Positions 26,711 through 35,506 of a stretch of 51,766 bases of DNA are shown here, in pieces; position 1 is the stretch's first letter; every line of letters starts with the position of its first letter. The notes under the pieces are model-generated. The model saw only the letters and a program-made list of their open reading frames with translations. It was not told where the DNA came from and ran no database searches. A program made the position numbers and the translations under genes. The stretch lies in the NCBI GenBank assembly GCA_025056095.1, contig JANWVW010000001.1, forward strand, positions 1 through 51,766, in the 5' to 3' direction. This stretch comes from Bacteroidia bacterium. Lineage in GTDB: Bacteria > Bacteroidota > Bacteroidia > JANWVE01.

Positions 26711-29700
26711 TTACTTATGTTTATTTTGAGTTTTTTTAGGTTGTGTTTTTTTCTTATCTTCTTGTTGCGCCAGGTTAGAGTTCATGTAGAACAGATAGTC
26801 TCTGATAGCTTCGCCTTGGTACCTTGCCATAGCTTTGGCGTCCATACCTAGTTTTGCCAAGTTGCTATCAGGTACTGCTGTCATAGTGTAGCCTTCTCCG
26901 AAGTAGTTGGGCATATTAACGCCTGGCATTAGGCTGGCAGGCCAACCAATCCATTCGTATACATACTGTGGTTTTAAGCGTTCATAGACCATACCTAAGT
27001 TAGGTGCGAGTTTTCCTGCTTTAGTTTGTTCCTCCATTGAAGGGCCGCTGATATAATGACAACTCACACATTGGAATTTTTCAAATAGTGCCTTGCCCAT
27101 TGCTATTTTTTCAGGAGTAGTCGGAATATTTTTGTAGTTTTCAATATTTACGTGTTTTTTCTTAATAGCCAAGAAATAGCGTATGGCGTAGCCCCATTCC
27201 TCATCTGAATGTTGGAAAGAGGGCATGCGTACTTTTAACCATGGCCTAATTCCGTAGCCGTCAAGCTTTGGATTATTAAAGAATTTAAGCAGCCAGTCTT
27301 CTTGTGTTTTGATACCTTGATGAGTTAGTAAAGGTGGTCGGTTGGTAGGTTCAGGAATTTGTTGATGAATGTACGCACCCTTGTAATCCTCGATTTGGTG
27401 GCAGCCAATACAGTTGTTGTCCCTAACAAAGTATTGTCCTGCATCATAGTTTGCATTGATTTCTGTGTATTGAGGTTGATACTGTGTGCTGATCTTACGA
27501 TTTGTCCAACCTTTAATAGCTACGGCAATTGCTTCTACTTCGGTTTCATTTAATCCAAAGTTGGGCATCATGAGAGGAATACGATTAGTAGAGTATTGGC
27601 GTGGATCGCGTATCTTTCCTTTAATCCAACCTTCCCAAGTGTGTCCAATGTTGTATTTATCTCCGCGTATTGTGTTACCGAAGTCAAATTCATGTGTGGT
27701 CTTGTCTGCTTCTTCGGTTAAAGACACGCTAACGTTGCTTAGTTTGTTAATGTCTTCGCGGATATTGTGGCATCCGTAGCATCCGAGCATTTTGACCATT
27801 TTTTCTCCATTCGCAATGTTGTTAGCGTCTTTGAGTGAAGCCATATCTATGGGTTTGAATTTATGTTTTTCGGATTTTTTGAGAGTCATTAGGTATGCGG
27901 TAATATCAGCTGCTTCTTGCTCTGTAAGCCTCATGCTAGGCATTTTGGTTTCAGAATAGTAGTGCTTAGGATTGATTAGCCAATCAAATAGCCAATCAGG
28001 ATTTACTTTTGAACCTACTTTGTTTAGATTAGGACCGAACCCTGGACCTTCTCGTAAAGCAGGAGTTTTAGAGATAGACGCCCAATCTATTTTGTCTACA
28101 CTATGGCACCCTGTACAGCCAATTTGTAGAGTTAGTGTTTTTCCATTTACAGGATCACCGTTACCTGGATATTTTAGAGGTTTGTATGTAGTATCTTTTT
28201 CTGTTAGGCTATTGAGAAATGCAGTTATATTACGAGCATCAATTTCTTCAAGGTAGAAGTTAGGCATTCTGGTATGAGGATAGAAGTCTTTGGGGTTGAG
28301 TAGCCAATTATATACAAACTCGGGGTTATCTTTTTTCATCACGTAAGCTAAGTTGGGTCCTACCTTGCGGACAGGATATTTTTCTTGATTAGGGACTGCA
28401 TGGCATCCATTACATCCGAGATCGAACACTAACTTTTTACCTAACGAAACTGTTTCAGCCATTGGCAGATTGATGGCTGTACTATGGCAGCTTTGGCAGC
28501 TGGCTTCTACAAACTTACCTTGTAGAAGGGGTCTTTCCCAATAGTGGTCGTAGTCAGGTTCACCGTGTCTTGAATGGGCATGTGAGGCTTTGAGGGCTCT
28601 CCCTTGTCCTGCATGGCAGCTAATACAGCCCATTTTTTCAATATTGTGAACTCTCATGATTTCAGGACTGTGGTATTGTAACGGATCCTTGCGAATGGCC
28701 AGCCTATTTCCTGATACTTTTACTTTACCTTTATAGTGTTTCGCTACCTCTTCAAGAATTTTCTTTTGCTCTTCGGGTTTTTTGGCTTCATATTCATCTG
28801 CACTAACAGGGGCATGGAATTTCCAGTGCATTTCTGCAAACTCTTCGTAAGATACTTCTTTGAATTGACCCTTGTAGTACTTTTCACTAAATAATGAGTC
28901 ATTCCATGCAGCATGACAGCTTTGGCATCTGTCAACTTCCATGTTATACTCCCCAAAATTGTTAGTGCCGTAGTTTCTCATTATTACTTGCTGAACTTTA
29001 ATTCTTTTTTCATTGTAAGCTTTTTTCGCTGCTTCTAATGCAACTAGCTTTCCTTTAAGTGCTTCAATTTTGGCTTCTAGATCGTTGATAATTTTTTCAT
29101 ATTTATCTAATTCTACTTTTTTCTCATCACGTTTTCGGCGAGTTTCTTCTACTTGTTTAATTTTGCCTTCAATTTGTACTTTGTAGTTGTCCAGCTTTGC
29201 TTTGAGTTTGTTTGCAGTGCTATAATCGTTCTTTTTAAGTGCTTCTGTATATGCGTAATAGTCTTGTGAGTCGTATGCTTTGATATCTGCTAATTCTCTA
29301 TTGAATTCACGAAGTTGAGTAGCCAACTTGTAATATTCTTCCGATAACTTAACATAAGCAGGGTATTTTCGCAAAGAGTCTTTCGCACGTGCTTTGGCAG
29401 CTTCTAATTCAGCCAGGCGTTTGCGAAATTGTTCACCGTTTTTAGTTTCTATTGCGCTTTGAAGAGAATCTACAATTTTTAATCCTGCTGTTTTGTATTC
29501 GTTTATCCATCTTTTCCATGGGCGGCGTTCTCTACCCGAAAACTCATTAAAAGCTGCATAAACCGTAGACAAAAACAACAATCCTGAAAAAATCATGTAC
29601 ACGGTAGCATAATTCCGTGTTTCAACAGGATCTTTAGCAAGCCCGCGAATATTTCGCCAGCTTAGCTCTCTCGCAGCAGTCTTTACATCAACACTAAGTT

Positions 29701-29752
29701 GAGTAAGACTTTCTCTTATGCTATTTCCTAAATTTTTGAAAAAACTTCTCAT
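26711..29752 (-). CDS. Membrane-anchored octahaem c-type cytochrome with long coiled-coil region
   Basis: 1013 aa. TM helix at about aa 48-68 and a K/E-rich helical region at about aa 85-250. Eight CxxCH motifs: CQSCH, CISCH, CQSCH, CNGCH, CTGCH, CYGCH, CIGCH, CVSCH. The last five lie in class-I-like modules with GPNL...MP signatures. Confidence 0.85.
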   Translation of the reverse strand: MRSFFKNLGNSIRESLTQLSVDVKTAARELSWRNIRGLAKDPVETRNYATVYMIFSGLLFLSTVYAAFNEFSGRERRPWKRWINEYKTAGLKIVDSLQSAIETKNGEQFRKRLAELEAAKARAKDSLRKYPAYVKLSEEYYKLATQLREFNRELADIKAYDSQDYYAYTEALKKNDYSTANKLKAKLDNYKVQIEGKIKQVEETRRKRDEKKVELDKYEKIINDLEAKIEALKGKLVALEAAKKAYNEKRIKVQQVIMRNYGTNNFGEYNMEVDRCQSCHAAWNDSLFSEKYYKGQFKEVSYEEFAEMHWKFHAPVSADEYEAKKPEEQKKILEEVAKHYKGKVKVSGNRLAIRKDPLQYHSPEIMRVHNIEKMGCISCHAGQGRALKASHAHSRHGEPDYDHYWERPLLQGKFVEASCQSCHSTAINLPMAETVSLGKKLVFDLGCNGCHAVPNQEKYPVRKVGPNLAYVMKKDNPEFVYNWLLNPKDFYPHTRMPNFYLEEIDARNITAFLNSLTEKDTTYKPLKYPGNGDPVNGKTLTLQIGCTGCHSVDKIDWASISKTPALREGPGFGPNLNKVGSKVNPDWLFDWLINPKHYYSETKMPSMRLTEQEAADITAYLMTLKKSEKHKFKPIDMASLKDANNIANGEKMVKMLGCYGCHNIREDINKLSNVSVSLTEEADKTTHEFDFGNTIRGDKYNIGHTWEGWIKGKIRDPRQYSTNRIPLMMPNFGLNETEVEAIAVAIKGWTNRKISTQYQPQYTEINANYDAGQYFVRDNNCIGCHQIEDYKGAYIHQQIPEPTNRPPLLTHQGIKTQEDWLLKFFNNPKLDGYGIRPWLKVRMPSFQHSDEEWGYAIRYFLAIKKKHVNIENYKNIPTTPEKIAMGKALFEKFQCVSCHYISGPSMEEQTKAGKLAPNLGMVYERLKPQYVYEWIGWPASLMPGVNMPNYFGEGYTMTAVPDSNLAKLGMDAKAMARYQGEAIRDYLFYMNSNLAQQEDKKKTQPKKTQNKHK

Positions 29753-29776
29753 CAGTTTTCTTTTCTCTCCTTTCTT

Positions 29777-30694
29777 TTAGAAATTAATCCATGGGGTTGC
29801 AAGCACATACTTCACATTCAAGGTCAATCGCAAAATAATTTTTATAGGCATTGTCATACAGGTAAGCACAAAGAAAGAAACCGTTGCGTAACGTAGAGGT
29901 CCAAGCTTTTTAACTATGTCTTTATCTTTTGTTGCACGAGGTAGAATAACTTTCTTCAGTAGTAAATTTCCAAAGAAATAGTAGCCTATGATAGAAAGCG
30001 AACCGATAATTATATGTCCTGTGTTGATAGAACCGTCTACATTTTTGGCAGGGAATTTTCCGAATAGTTCTGGCCAATCTCTACTATTGGCAGCTACTAC
30101 CTTGTGTGCATCCCATTCTTCCCAAGGAAAGAAAAAGTTCCATCCTGGACCTCTAAGTAGTGTTCCTAGTATAATCAAAAATACCCAAAGGATAAGAAAA
30201 CCAAACATAAAGAAACCTATTGCAAAACGTCGCTCTTTCCATGTATAGTAGCCATTTCCTTTGGGATTGATATCTACATACGGTATAGCCATTAACCCTG
30301 CTTGGATTAAGAACGGGAATACAATTCCTGCTAGCCAAGGATCAAAGTATACTAACATTTCTTGTAATCCCAAGAAATACCAAGGTGCTTTTGATGGGTT
30401 AGGGGTTCTGCCAGGGTTTGCAGGTTCTTCCAAAGGTGCATCAATACCTACGCTCCATATAGTAAGTATGAGAATAACCACAATAGAAGTGAGAAACTCA
30501 ATTCTTACTAAGTAAGGCCACACTTGCACACGGTCAGTCATGCTAGCTTCCACAGGGGTACCTAAGCGATCGTTTCGAAGCGCTTTGCGCATTGACTGCC
30601 ATGTGTAGAAAATCACCAAAGCTAACATACCAATGATTGGTACGTTGTCAGGTAATGAAACTAAATGCCAAAAATTTTTTAATCCTTCTTGCAT
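29777..30694 (-). CDS. Cytochrome b C-terminal part (b6f subunit-IV-like), extended multi-TM form
   Basis: EPANPGRTPNPSKAPWYFLGLQEML aligns with the subunit IV / cyt b Qo loop (PEWYF replaced by APWYF). 305 aa with more TM segments than canonical subunit IV. Confidence 0.75.
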   Translation of the reverse strand: MQEGLKNFWHLVSLPDNVPIIGMLALVIFYTWQSMRKALRNDRLGTPVEASMTDRVQVWPYLVRIEFLTSIVVILILTIWSVGIDAPLEEPANPGRTPNPSKAPWYFLGLQEMLVYFDPWLAGIVFPFLIQAGLMAIPYVDINPKGNGYYTWKERRFAIGFFMFGFLILWVFLIILGTLLRGPGWNFFFPWEEWDAHKVVAANSRDWPELFGKFPAKNVDGSINTGHIIIGSLSIIGYYFFGNLLLKKVILPRATKDKDIVKKLGPLRYATVSFFVLTCMTMPIKIILRLTLNVKYVLATPWINF

Positions 30695-30738
30695 AGGCTA
30701 ATTAGTTTTATGATTTTAATGGATGATATAATTACTTT

Positions 30739-31884
30739 TTAATGATGATTGGTAGAATTGTCATTGGATGTATGCGTATCATTTGTGTGGTGCTTGTCAG
30801 AGGAAGATTTGTCCTCACCGCCTTTGATATTTTGCTCTGCGGCTTGATCTATAACATTAACTAAATTTACAAGTTTGTTAGATGTTTTTTGTTTAAGCGT
30901 TTCTAAATCTTTTTTAATGACTTCTTTGAAGCTTTGTTCGCCCTCTATTTGCTTGAAGCCTTGTACATACTCGTACTTAGGTAGGTGCTCTACTACAGAG
31001 ACTTTGAGTTTGCTAGCATCTGTAACAGCCTTATTAAATTCAATCATAGGAGGACCAGAAATACCACCGTCTTTACGAATGCGCCAGAAGTGTACTGCTA
31101 ATAGCACACCTGTTACCACAGGTAGAAATACTGTATGCAATACGTAGAAGCGTAGTAAAGTGGGAGAGCCTACTTCTGTGCCACCTAAAAGAATGAAACG
31201 AACATCTGCGTCAGGCGCTCCACCAAAGCCTACCAGCTGATGAAATTCAGGGGCAAAAGGTCCTGCATGTCCTAAAAAAGGTACTGCGCGAGCCATGTTA
31301 GAACCTACGGTAATCGCCCATATTGCTAATTGGTCCCAAGGTAAAAGGTAGCCTGTGAAAGAAAGGGCAAGAGTTAGCACTAATAAGTTCACACCTATTA
31401 CCCAGTTAAACTCACGGGGAGGTTTATACGAACCTGTCAAAAATACTCTGTACATGTGTAACATTACGCATATTACCATAGAGTGTGCAGCCCAGCGATG
31501 CATATTCCGTATGAAAGCACCGAAAGGAACATCGTGCATGAGCTGCTTCATATCATTATATGCATACTCAGATGTTGGGCGATAGTAGAACATGAGTAAT
31601 ATACCAGTTACCGCAGTAACAATAAACAATAGCAATGTAATTCCACCCATACCCCATGTATAGCCAATATCTACAGCATGCCTACTAACACGGGTGGGAT
31701 GTAGATGCAAAAACACATTATTGACGATCTGCAAAGCGCGGTTGCGCTTGTTATCTTTATAGTCATGGCGGAATATAGAGGTATAAACTTGGCTTTCATA
31801 GAACTGCTGCAGCAGGTCTTTTTTACCTCCGCTATCCGCTTTTACTACTGGTCTTTTATTCGGTACTTTTATGATATCTGACAT
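30739..31884 (-). CDS. Cytochrome b6-like (N-terminal four-helix) subunit of a Rieske/cyt b complex
   Basis: [40 protein letters not shown] has the helix B His pair spaced 14 apart. [15 protein letters not shown] is present. [33 protein letters not shown] has the helix D His pair with b6-type spacing. About 100 aa of C-terminal extension ends in a His-rich tail. Confidence 0.9.
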   Translation of the reverse strand: MSDIIKVPNKRPVVKADSGGKKDLLQQFYESQVYTSIFRHDYKDNKRNRALQIVNNVFLHLHPTRVSRHAVDIGYTWGMGGITLLLFIVTAVTGILLMFYYRPTSEYAYNDMKQLMHDVPFGAFIRNMHRWAAHSMVICVMLHMYRVFLTGSYKPPREFNWVIGVNLLVLTLALSFTGYLLPWDQLAIWAITVGSNMARAVPFLGHAGPFAPEFHQLVGFGGAPDADVRFILLGGTEVGSPTLLRFYVLHTVFLPVVTGVLLAVHFWRIRKDGGISGPPMIEFNKAVTDASKLKVSVVEHLPKYEYVQGFKQIEGEQSFKEVIKKDLETLKQKTSNKLVNLVNVIDQAAEQNIKGGEDKSSSDKHHTNDTHTSNDNSTNHH

Positions 31885-31929
31885 AGTTATATTATGTTTT
31901 AAGGTTACCTACAATACATGTTTGAAAAT

Positions 31930-32547
31930 TTATCCTTTGTATGGTAGAAATGCTCCAGGCTGATCCCACTGCCCTTTCTCACCTAAAAAGACTACTGCTT
32001 TGTTAATAAGGATTTGTCCATCAGTATCAAGTGTAATTTTATAGCGCTCTAATGGGCGTGGTGCGGGACCTTCAAAATTTACCGCAATTTCTTTCGGATC
32101 AGCCATAATTCCATAGAAACCGCTACCGTGGCATGGGCACTTGAACTTGTTCTCCGCAGGTAGCCATCTGGGCGTGCACCCTAAATGGGTACACACAGTA
32201 CTTTGTGCAATAAATCCCTCTTTTGTGCGAATAATCCATACTTTTTGAGTGGGCTTGAATCTCTCGTCTACTGTGCCTGGTGTGTATTCATTTGGAAAGC
32301 CTGCTTTGAAAGACTTAGATGGCTCATAAATTACGCGGTTGAATAAACCCCTTACAGAACCAAAAACAAATAAACCAAAGTAAGCAAAGAAAGAGCCCCA
32401 TGCAATTTTGCTCAAAAAGCTCCTTCGGTTACCAAAGTATAGATGTCTGTCTTCTTCTACTGCTTTTGTTACAGCAGTATTTTCTGCTTTTGTTACTTCT
32501 TTTGTATTTTCTGCCATGTTTGTATTTCCTTTTAATTTATTCTCCAC
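31930..32547 (-). CDS. Rieske [2Fe-2S] subunit
   Basis: Tat-like NRRSFLSK followed by a TM anchor. Cluster boxes CTHLGC and CPCHGS. An alternative start at 32517 (MAENTKE) would remove the 11-nt overlap with the upstream gene. Confidence 0.9.
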   Translation of the reverse strand: MENKLKGNTNMAENTKEVTKAENTAVTKAVEEDRHLYFGNRRSFLSKIAWGSFFAYFGLFVFGSVRGLFNRVIYEPSKSFKAGFPNEYTPGTVDERFKPTQKVWIIRTKEGFIAQSTVCTHLGCTPRWLPAENKFKCPCHGSGFYGIMADPKEIAVNFEGPAPRPLERYKITLDTDGQILINKAVVFLGEKGQWDQPGAFLPYKG

Positions 32548-32860
32548 TTAAATTACCTGCTGTTAGTAAAACCCCCCTTGCTGCAATTTCGTCATCTTCT
32601 AATATCGCTTCTTCGGGAATTAACTCTCTGTTAAACATTTGAATTACATCCCATGGACAAGGCTTAGCACACCATGCGCAACCTGTACATTGCAGCAAAT
32701 CTACTTGGCAAATAGATGATACCGTCGGATCATCCGCATAAGGATTCGGTACCTTGATGATAGCATCAAATTCACAGAATTCCATACAGACCATACAGCC
32801 TGTGCATCCCGTAGCATCTATAACTGCTACTCTTTTAGATAATCTTTCTACTTTGCTCAT
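32537..32860 (-). CDS. 2x[4Fe-4S] dicluster ferredoxin-like protein
   Basis: 107 aa. CTGCMVCMEFC and CTGCAWCAKPCP (CxxCxxCxxxC(P)) motifs. No signal peptide or TM segment. First gene of the operon. Confidence 0.85.
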   Translation of the reverse strand: MSKVERLSKRVAVIDATGCTGCMVCMEFCEFDAIIKVPNPYADDPTVSSICQVDLLQCTGCAWCAKPCPWDVIQMFNRELIPEEAILEDDEIAARGVLLTAGNLSGE

Positions 32861-33125
32861 AAGTCAATACTTTTAAGTTTAAACATACGTAATAGTTCTT
32901 TTTTTCTACTTTTCCTCTTGTCCTGCAAATTACTACATCCTTTCCCATATATCAAAACTTTTTACAATCCTTATAACACTTTTACTCATCGTGAGTTTCC
33001 AATTTTCAATAAAAATTGAAAATTGATACAGGTGCGAAAATACAAAAAAAATCAAATGTGTCAAATAATAATTTAACTTTTTTACATTAAGTTTGGCTTT
33101 GGACAACATGAAGACAAATTTTTAA

Positions 33126-33244
33126 TTTTTTGGGGCGTGCCCTTGCCCACACTTCGCTTGCGCTTGTGTGGGCAAGGGCGGCGTGCTACGGGCTACGTGC
33201 GGAATGCCCCGACCCTTGCGTCAGCAAGGGGCACGCCCAAAAAA
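33126..33244. repeat. GC-rich palindromic intergenic element, short form (forward, stem variant 1; best-preserved copy)
   Basis: TTTTTT-GGGGCGTGCC-CTTGCCCACAC-ttcgcttgcgctt-GTGTGGGCAAG-ggcggcgtgctacgggctacgtgcggaatgccccga-CCCTTGC-gtca-GCAAGGG-GCACGCCC-AAAAAA. Sits in the divergent operon / fbp promoter region. Confidence 0.92.
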
Positions 33245-33297
33245 TAAAAATTCATGCACAAGAAATATACATTTTTCATGTATGTTTTTCTATTTTT

Positions 33298-33305
33298 TAT
33301 TTTTG
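33298..33305 (+). promoter_or_regulatory. -7 promoter box TATTTTTG abutting the start codon
   Basis: TAnnTTTG match 5 nt upstream of ATG 33311. Confidence 0.35.
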
Positions 33306-33310
33306 CACCC

Positions 33311-34309
33311 ATGGTCATCACGTTGGAACAGTTTATTATTGAGCGCCAAAAAGAAATTCCCGACAGTACAGGTGTGTTCTCTCAAATTTTAAGAGACATT
33401 GGTCTAGCTGCCAAAATTGTGAGCAGAGAAGTCAACAAAGCAGGATTAGTAGATATTTTAGGAATTACAGGTACAACTAACGTACAAGGGGAAGAAGTAA
33501 AAAAGTTAGATGTATATGCGAACAATACGTTTATTAAAGCTCTTAAAAAAGGAGGTGCAGTATGTGCAATTGCATCCGAAGAGCAGGAAGAAATTATTTC
33601 CATAGATGGACCAAATGCTAAATACGCTATCACACTTGACCCTTTGGATGGCTCATCTAATATTGACGTGAATGTGTCCATAGGAACAATATTTTCCATT
33701 TACAGGCGTGTTTCAGAAATGGGACCTGGTACAGAAGAGGACTGCTTACAAGTAGGTTCAAAACAAGTTGCTGCAGGCTATGTGATATATGGTTCAAGCA
33801 CAATGCTGGTCTATACCACAGGCAACGGCGTAAATGGATTTACCTTAGATCCTTCTATTGGTGAGTTTTGTTTATCTCATCCTAACCTTAAAATTCCCAA
33901 GCGCGGCAAAATTTATTCTATCAATGAGGGCAATATCAAAGAGTACAGCATCGGAGTTCAGAAATATATTGACTATCTACATGATACAGACAAAGCTACC
34001 TCTCGCCCTTATTCTGCGCGATATATAGGTTCTATGGTAGCAGATTTTCATAGAAACTTGCTTCAAGGCGGGATTTTTATCTATCCTGCAAGCAAAAAGT
34101 CCCCAAATGGTAAATTAAGACTACTTTACGAAGCTAATCCAATGGCTTTTATCCTTGAACAAGCAGGAGGTAGAGCAAGCAACGGCTTTGAACCTATCCT
34201 ACAAATACAGCCAAAAGAATTGCATCAGAGAGTACCTTTATTTATGGGAAGTGAAGAAGACGTAATAATGGCAGAAAAATTTATGCAAGAATATGGGCAT
34301 GGCTTTTGA
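33311..34309 (+). CDS. fbp: Fructose-1,6-bisphosphatase class 1
   Basis: [15 protein letters not shown]...[38 protein letters not shown] and [21 protein letters not shown]. The ORF track start at 33254 adds a non-homologous hydrophobic 19 aa, so ATG 33311 is preferred. Confidence 0.92.
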   Translation: MVITLEQFIIERQKEIPDSTGVFSQILRDIGLAAKIVSREVNKAGLVDILGITGTTNVQGEEVKKLDVYANNTFIKALKKGGAVCAIASEEQEEIISIDGPNAKYAITLDPLDGSSNIDVNVSIGTIFSIYRRVSEMGPGTEEDCLQVGSKQVAAGYVIYGSSTMLVYTTGNGVNGFTLDPSIGEFCLSHPNLKIPKRGKIYSINEGNIKEYSIGVQKYIDYLHDTDKATSRPYSARYIGSMVADFHRNLLQGGIFIYPASKKSPNGKLRLLYEANPMAFILEQAGGRASNGFEPILQIQPKELHQRVPLFMGSEEDVIMAEKFMQEYGHGF

Positions 34310-34356
34310 AAATTAGTATTACATTTTGTTGTGAGTTTTTTACAAGTCTATCAATC

Positions 34357-35493
34357 CTAACGTACTTCAATCGTAATTTTATCTATTCTAAAGGAATAGC
34401 TTTTGGCGTTTTGAACTTGGTATAAAACATAAAGTCGCTGTGGAGACACACCTCGCTCTAAGATAATGCCTTTTAGATAAAAGTAAGTGGCTTCTGCTTG
34501 GGCTTTGAGTAGCTCTTTATCTTGGTTGCCCGATACAGCAATAGTGAAATAAGCATTTTTGCTAGGTAGTTCTTTGAGCTTATCGCCCACTTTCTCTAAT
34601 TTTTGATGATTTTCTTGGCTTAAACTTAATTTTTCACTATACCGCAGCTCTACCGTGTTTCCTTTTATGCCCGATAAACCTACAATCTTAATTGGAACAG
34701 AAGTGTAGGAATTTTCTGGATCAGAAAACTCACTTTTGGGTAATTGTGTAGCTATCATACCCTTGCGAAGTTCGTCAGAAGGGGAGAAAGTGGGCTTTTT
34801 GTAAGATTTTTGTACCCACTGTGAGGGGGATAGTTGTATTCCTAAGCTTAATCCAAATAACCGGTCATTTTTTTTATGCGAACCTAACTGATAGATGTTA
34901 TCCAAGTACCGCGTTTGCGGATTGAAGCTGATTGCTTCAACATTCAAGCTAGTGTAAGGATTAAGGTAGTAGCGATAGCCTATGAGAGTAGGAAGTACAA
35001 ATGTTACGTTTGAATATGTTTCATTTTCAGCACGAGAGGTTCTGTCTTCTGAAAGAGAATTTCCATTCATATCCTTAGGGTTGAAAAACAGGATACCTGA
35101 ACCTATACCAAAATACGCTGTTCCTTTTTTACGAGGCGTAAAACGATATAAAAACCGAATATCTACACTTGTAAAAGAGGTCTTAACAAAACGGTTGTAT
35201 TTATCTTTAAGAGGATTAAAATGCATGTTTTGCCCTGTGATTGTGCCTGAGTTAAGGTTAATTTGAGGCATTATTTTTTTTCTCTTTTCAAATTGTAGGT
35301 TGAAACCAAAACCCAAGTTGAATTTTTCCCAAGTTTTGTTTAAATCCCCATGGTAAGTGAATCCCGAAGCAGAAAGCCCTACCTTAAAAGGATGTATAAT
35401 GAGCGTATCTTTGAAGATTATATCAGGTTGTGCAAAAAGTGAGCTTGTACAAAGAAAAATTATTATATGACAGCAAAATATAATTTTGTGCAC
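34357..35493 (-). CDS. Outer-membrane beta-barrel protein with a degenerate OmpA-like C-terminal domain (hypothetical)
   Basis: The ORF track start at 35727 overlaps the upstream gene by 221 nt. GTG 35493 (VHKIIFCCHIIIFLCTSSLFAQ, a signal peptide) lies 13 nt after the upstream stop. The mature part has alternating aromatic beta-strand patterns. Confidence 0.5.
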   Translation of the reverse strand: MHKIIFCCHIIIFLCTSSLFAQPDIIFKDTLIIHPFKVGLSASGFTYHGDLNKTWEKFNLGFGFNLQFEKRKKIMPQINLNSGTITGQNMHFNPLKDKYNRFVKTSFTSVDIRFLYRFTPRKKGTAYFGIGSGILFFNPKDMNGNSLSEDRTSRAENETYSNVTFVLPTLIGYRYYLNPYTSLNVEAISFNPQTRYLDNIYQLGSHKKNDRLFGLSLGIQLSPSQWVQKSYKKPTFSPSDELRKGMIATQLPKSEFSDPENSYTSVPIKIVGLSGIKGNTVELRYSEKLSLSQENHQKLEKVGDKLKELPSKNAYFTIAVSGNQDKELLKAQAEATYFYLKGIILERGVSPQRLYVLYQVQNAKSYSFRIDKITIEVR

Positions 35494-35506
35494 AGCAGCG
35501 TCAGTC

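Noticed and set aside
27359-28256. Several 64-97-aa plus-strand ORFs inside the octahaem gene, with similar antisense ORFs at 24889-25512, 13991-14254, 16115-16459, 30875-31585 and 47173-47565
   Set aside because: All are antisense or shadow ORFs within long, motif-supported genes, with low-complexity or hydrophobic artefactual translations.
26711-29752. Octahaem protein as part of an alternative complex III (ActA/ActE-like)
   Set aside because: There are no ActB-like (molybdopterin/Fe-S) or ActC/F-like (NrfD-type) genes in the cluster. Instead it sits directly after Rieske, cytochrome b and subunit-IV-like genes.
33254-33310. Longer fbp start at 33254
   Set aside because: The added 19 residues ([19 protein letters not shown]) have no counterpart in class-1 FBPases. 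The TATTTTTG box at 33298-33305 would fall inside the coding region.
33130-33392. 70-aa and 74-aa ORFs upstream of and overlapping fbp
   Set aside because: They start inside repeat copy 33126-33244 and run out of frame into fbp, so they are repeat artefacts.
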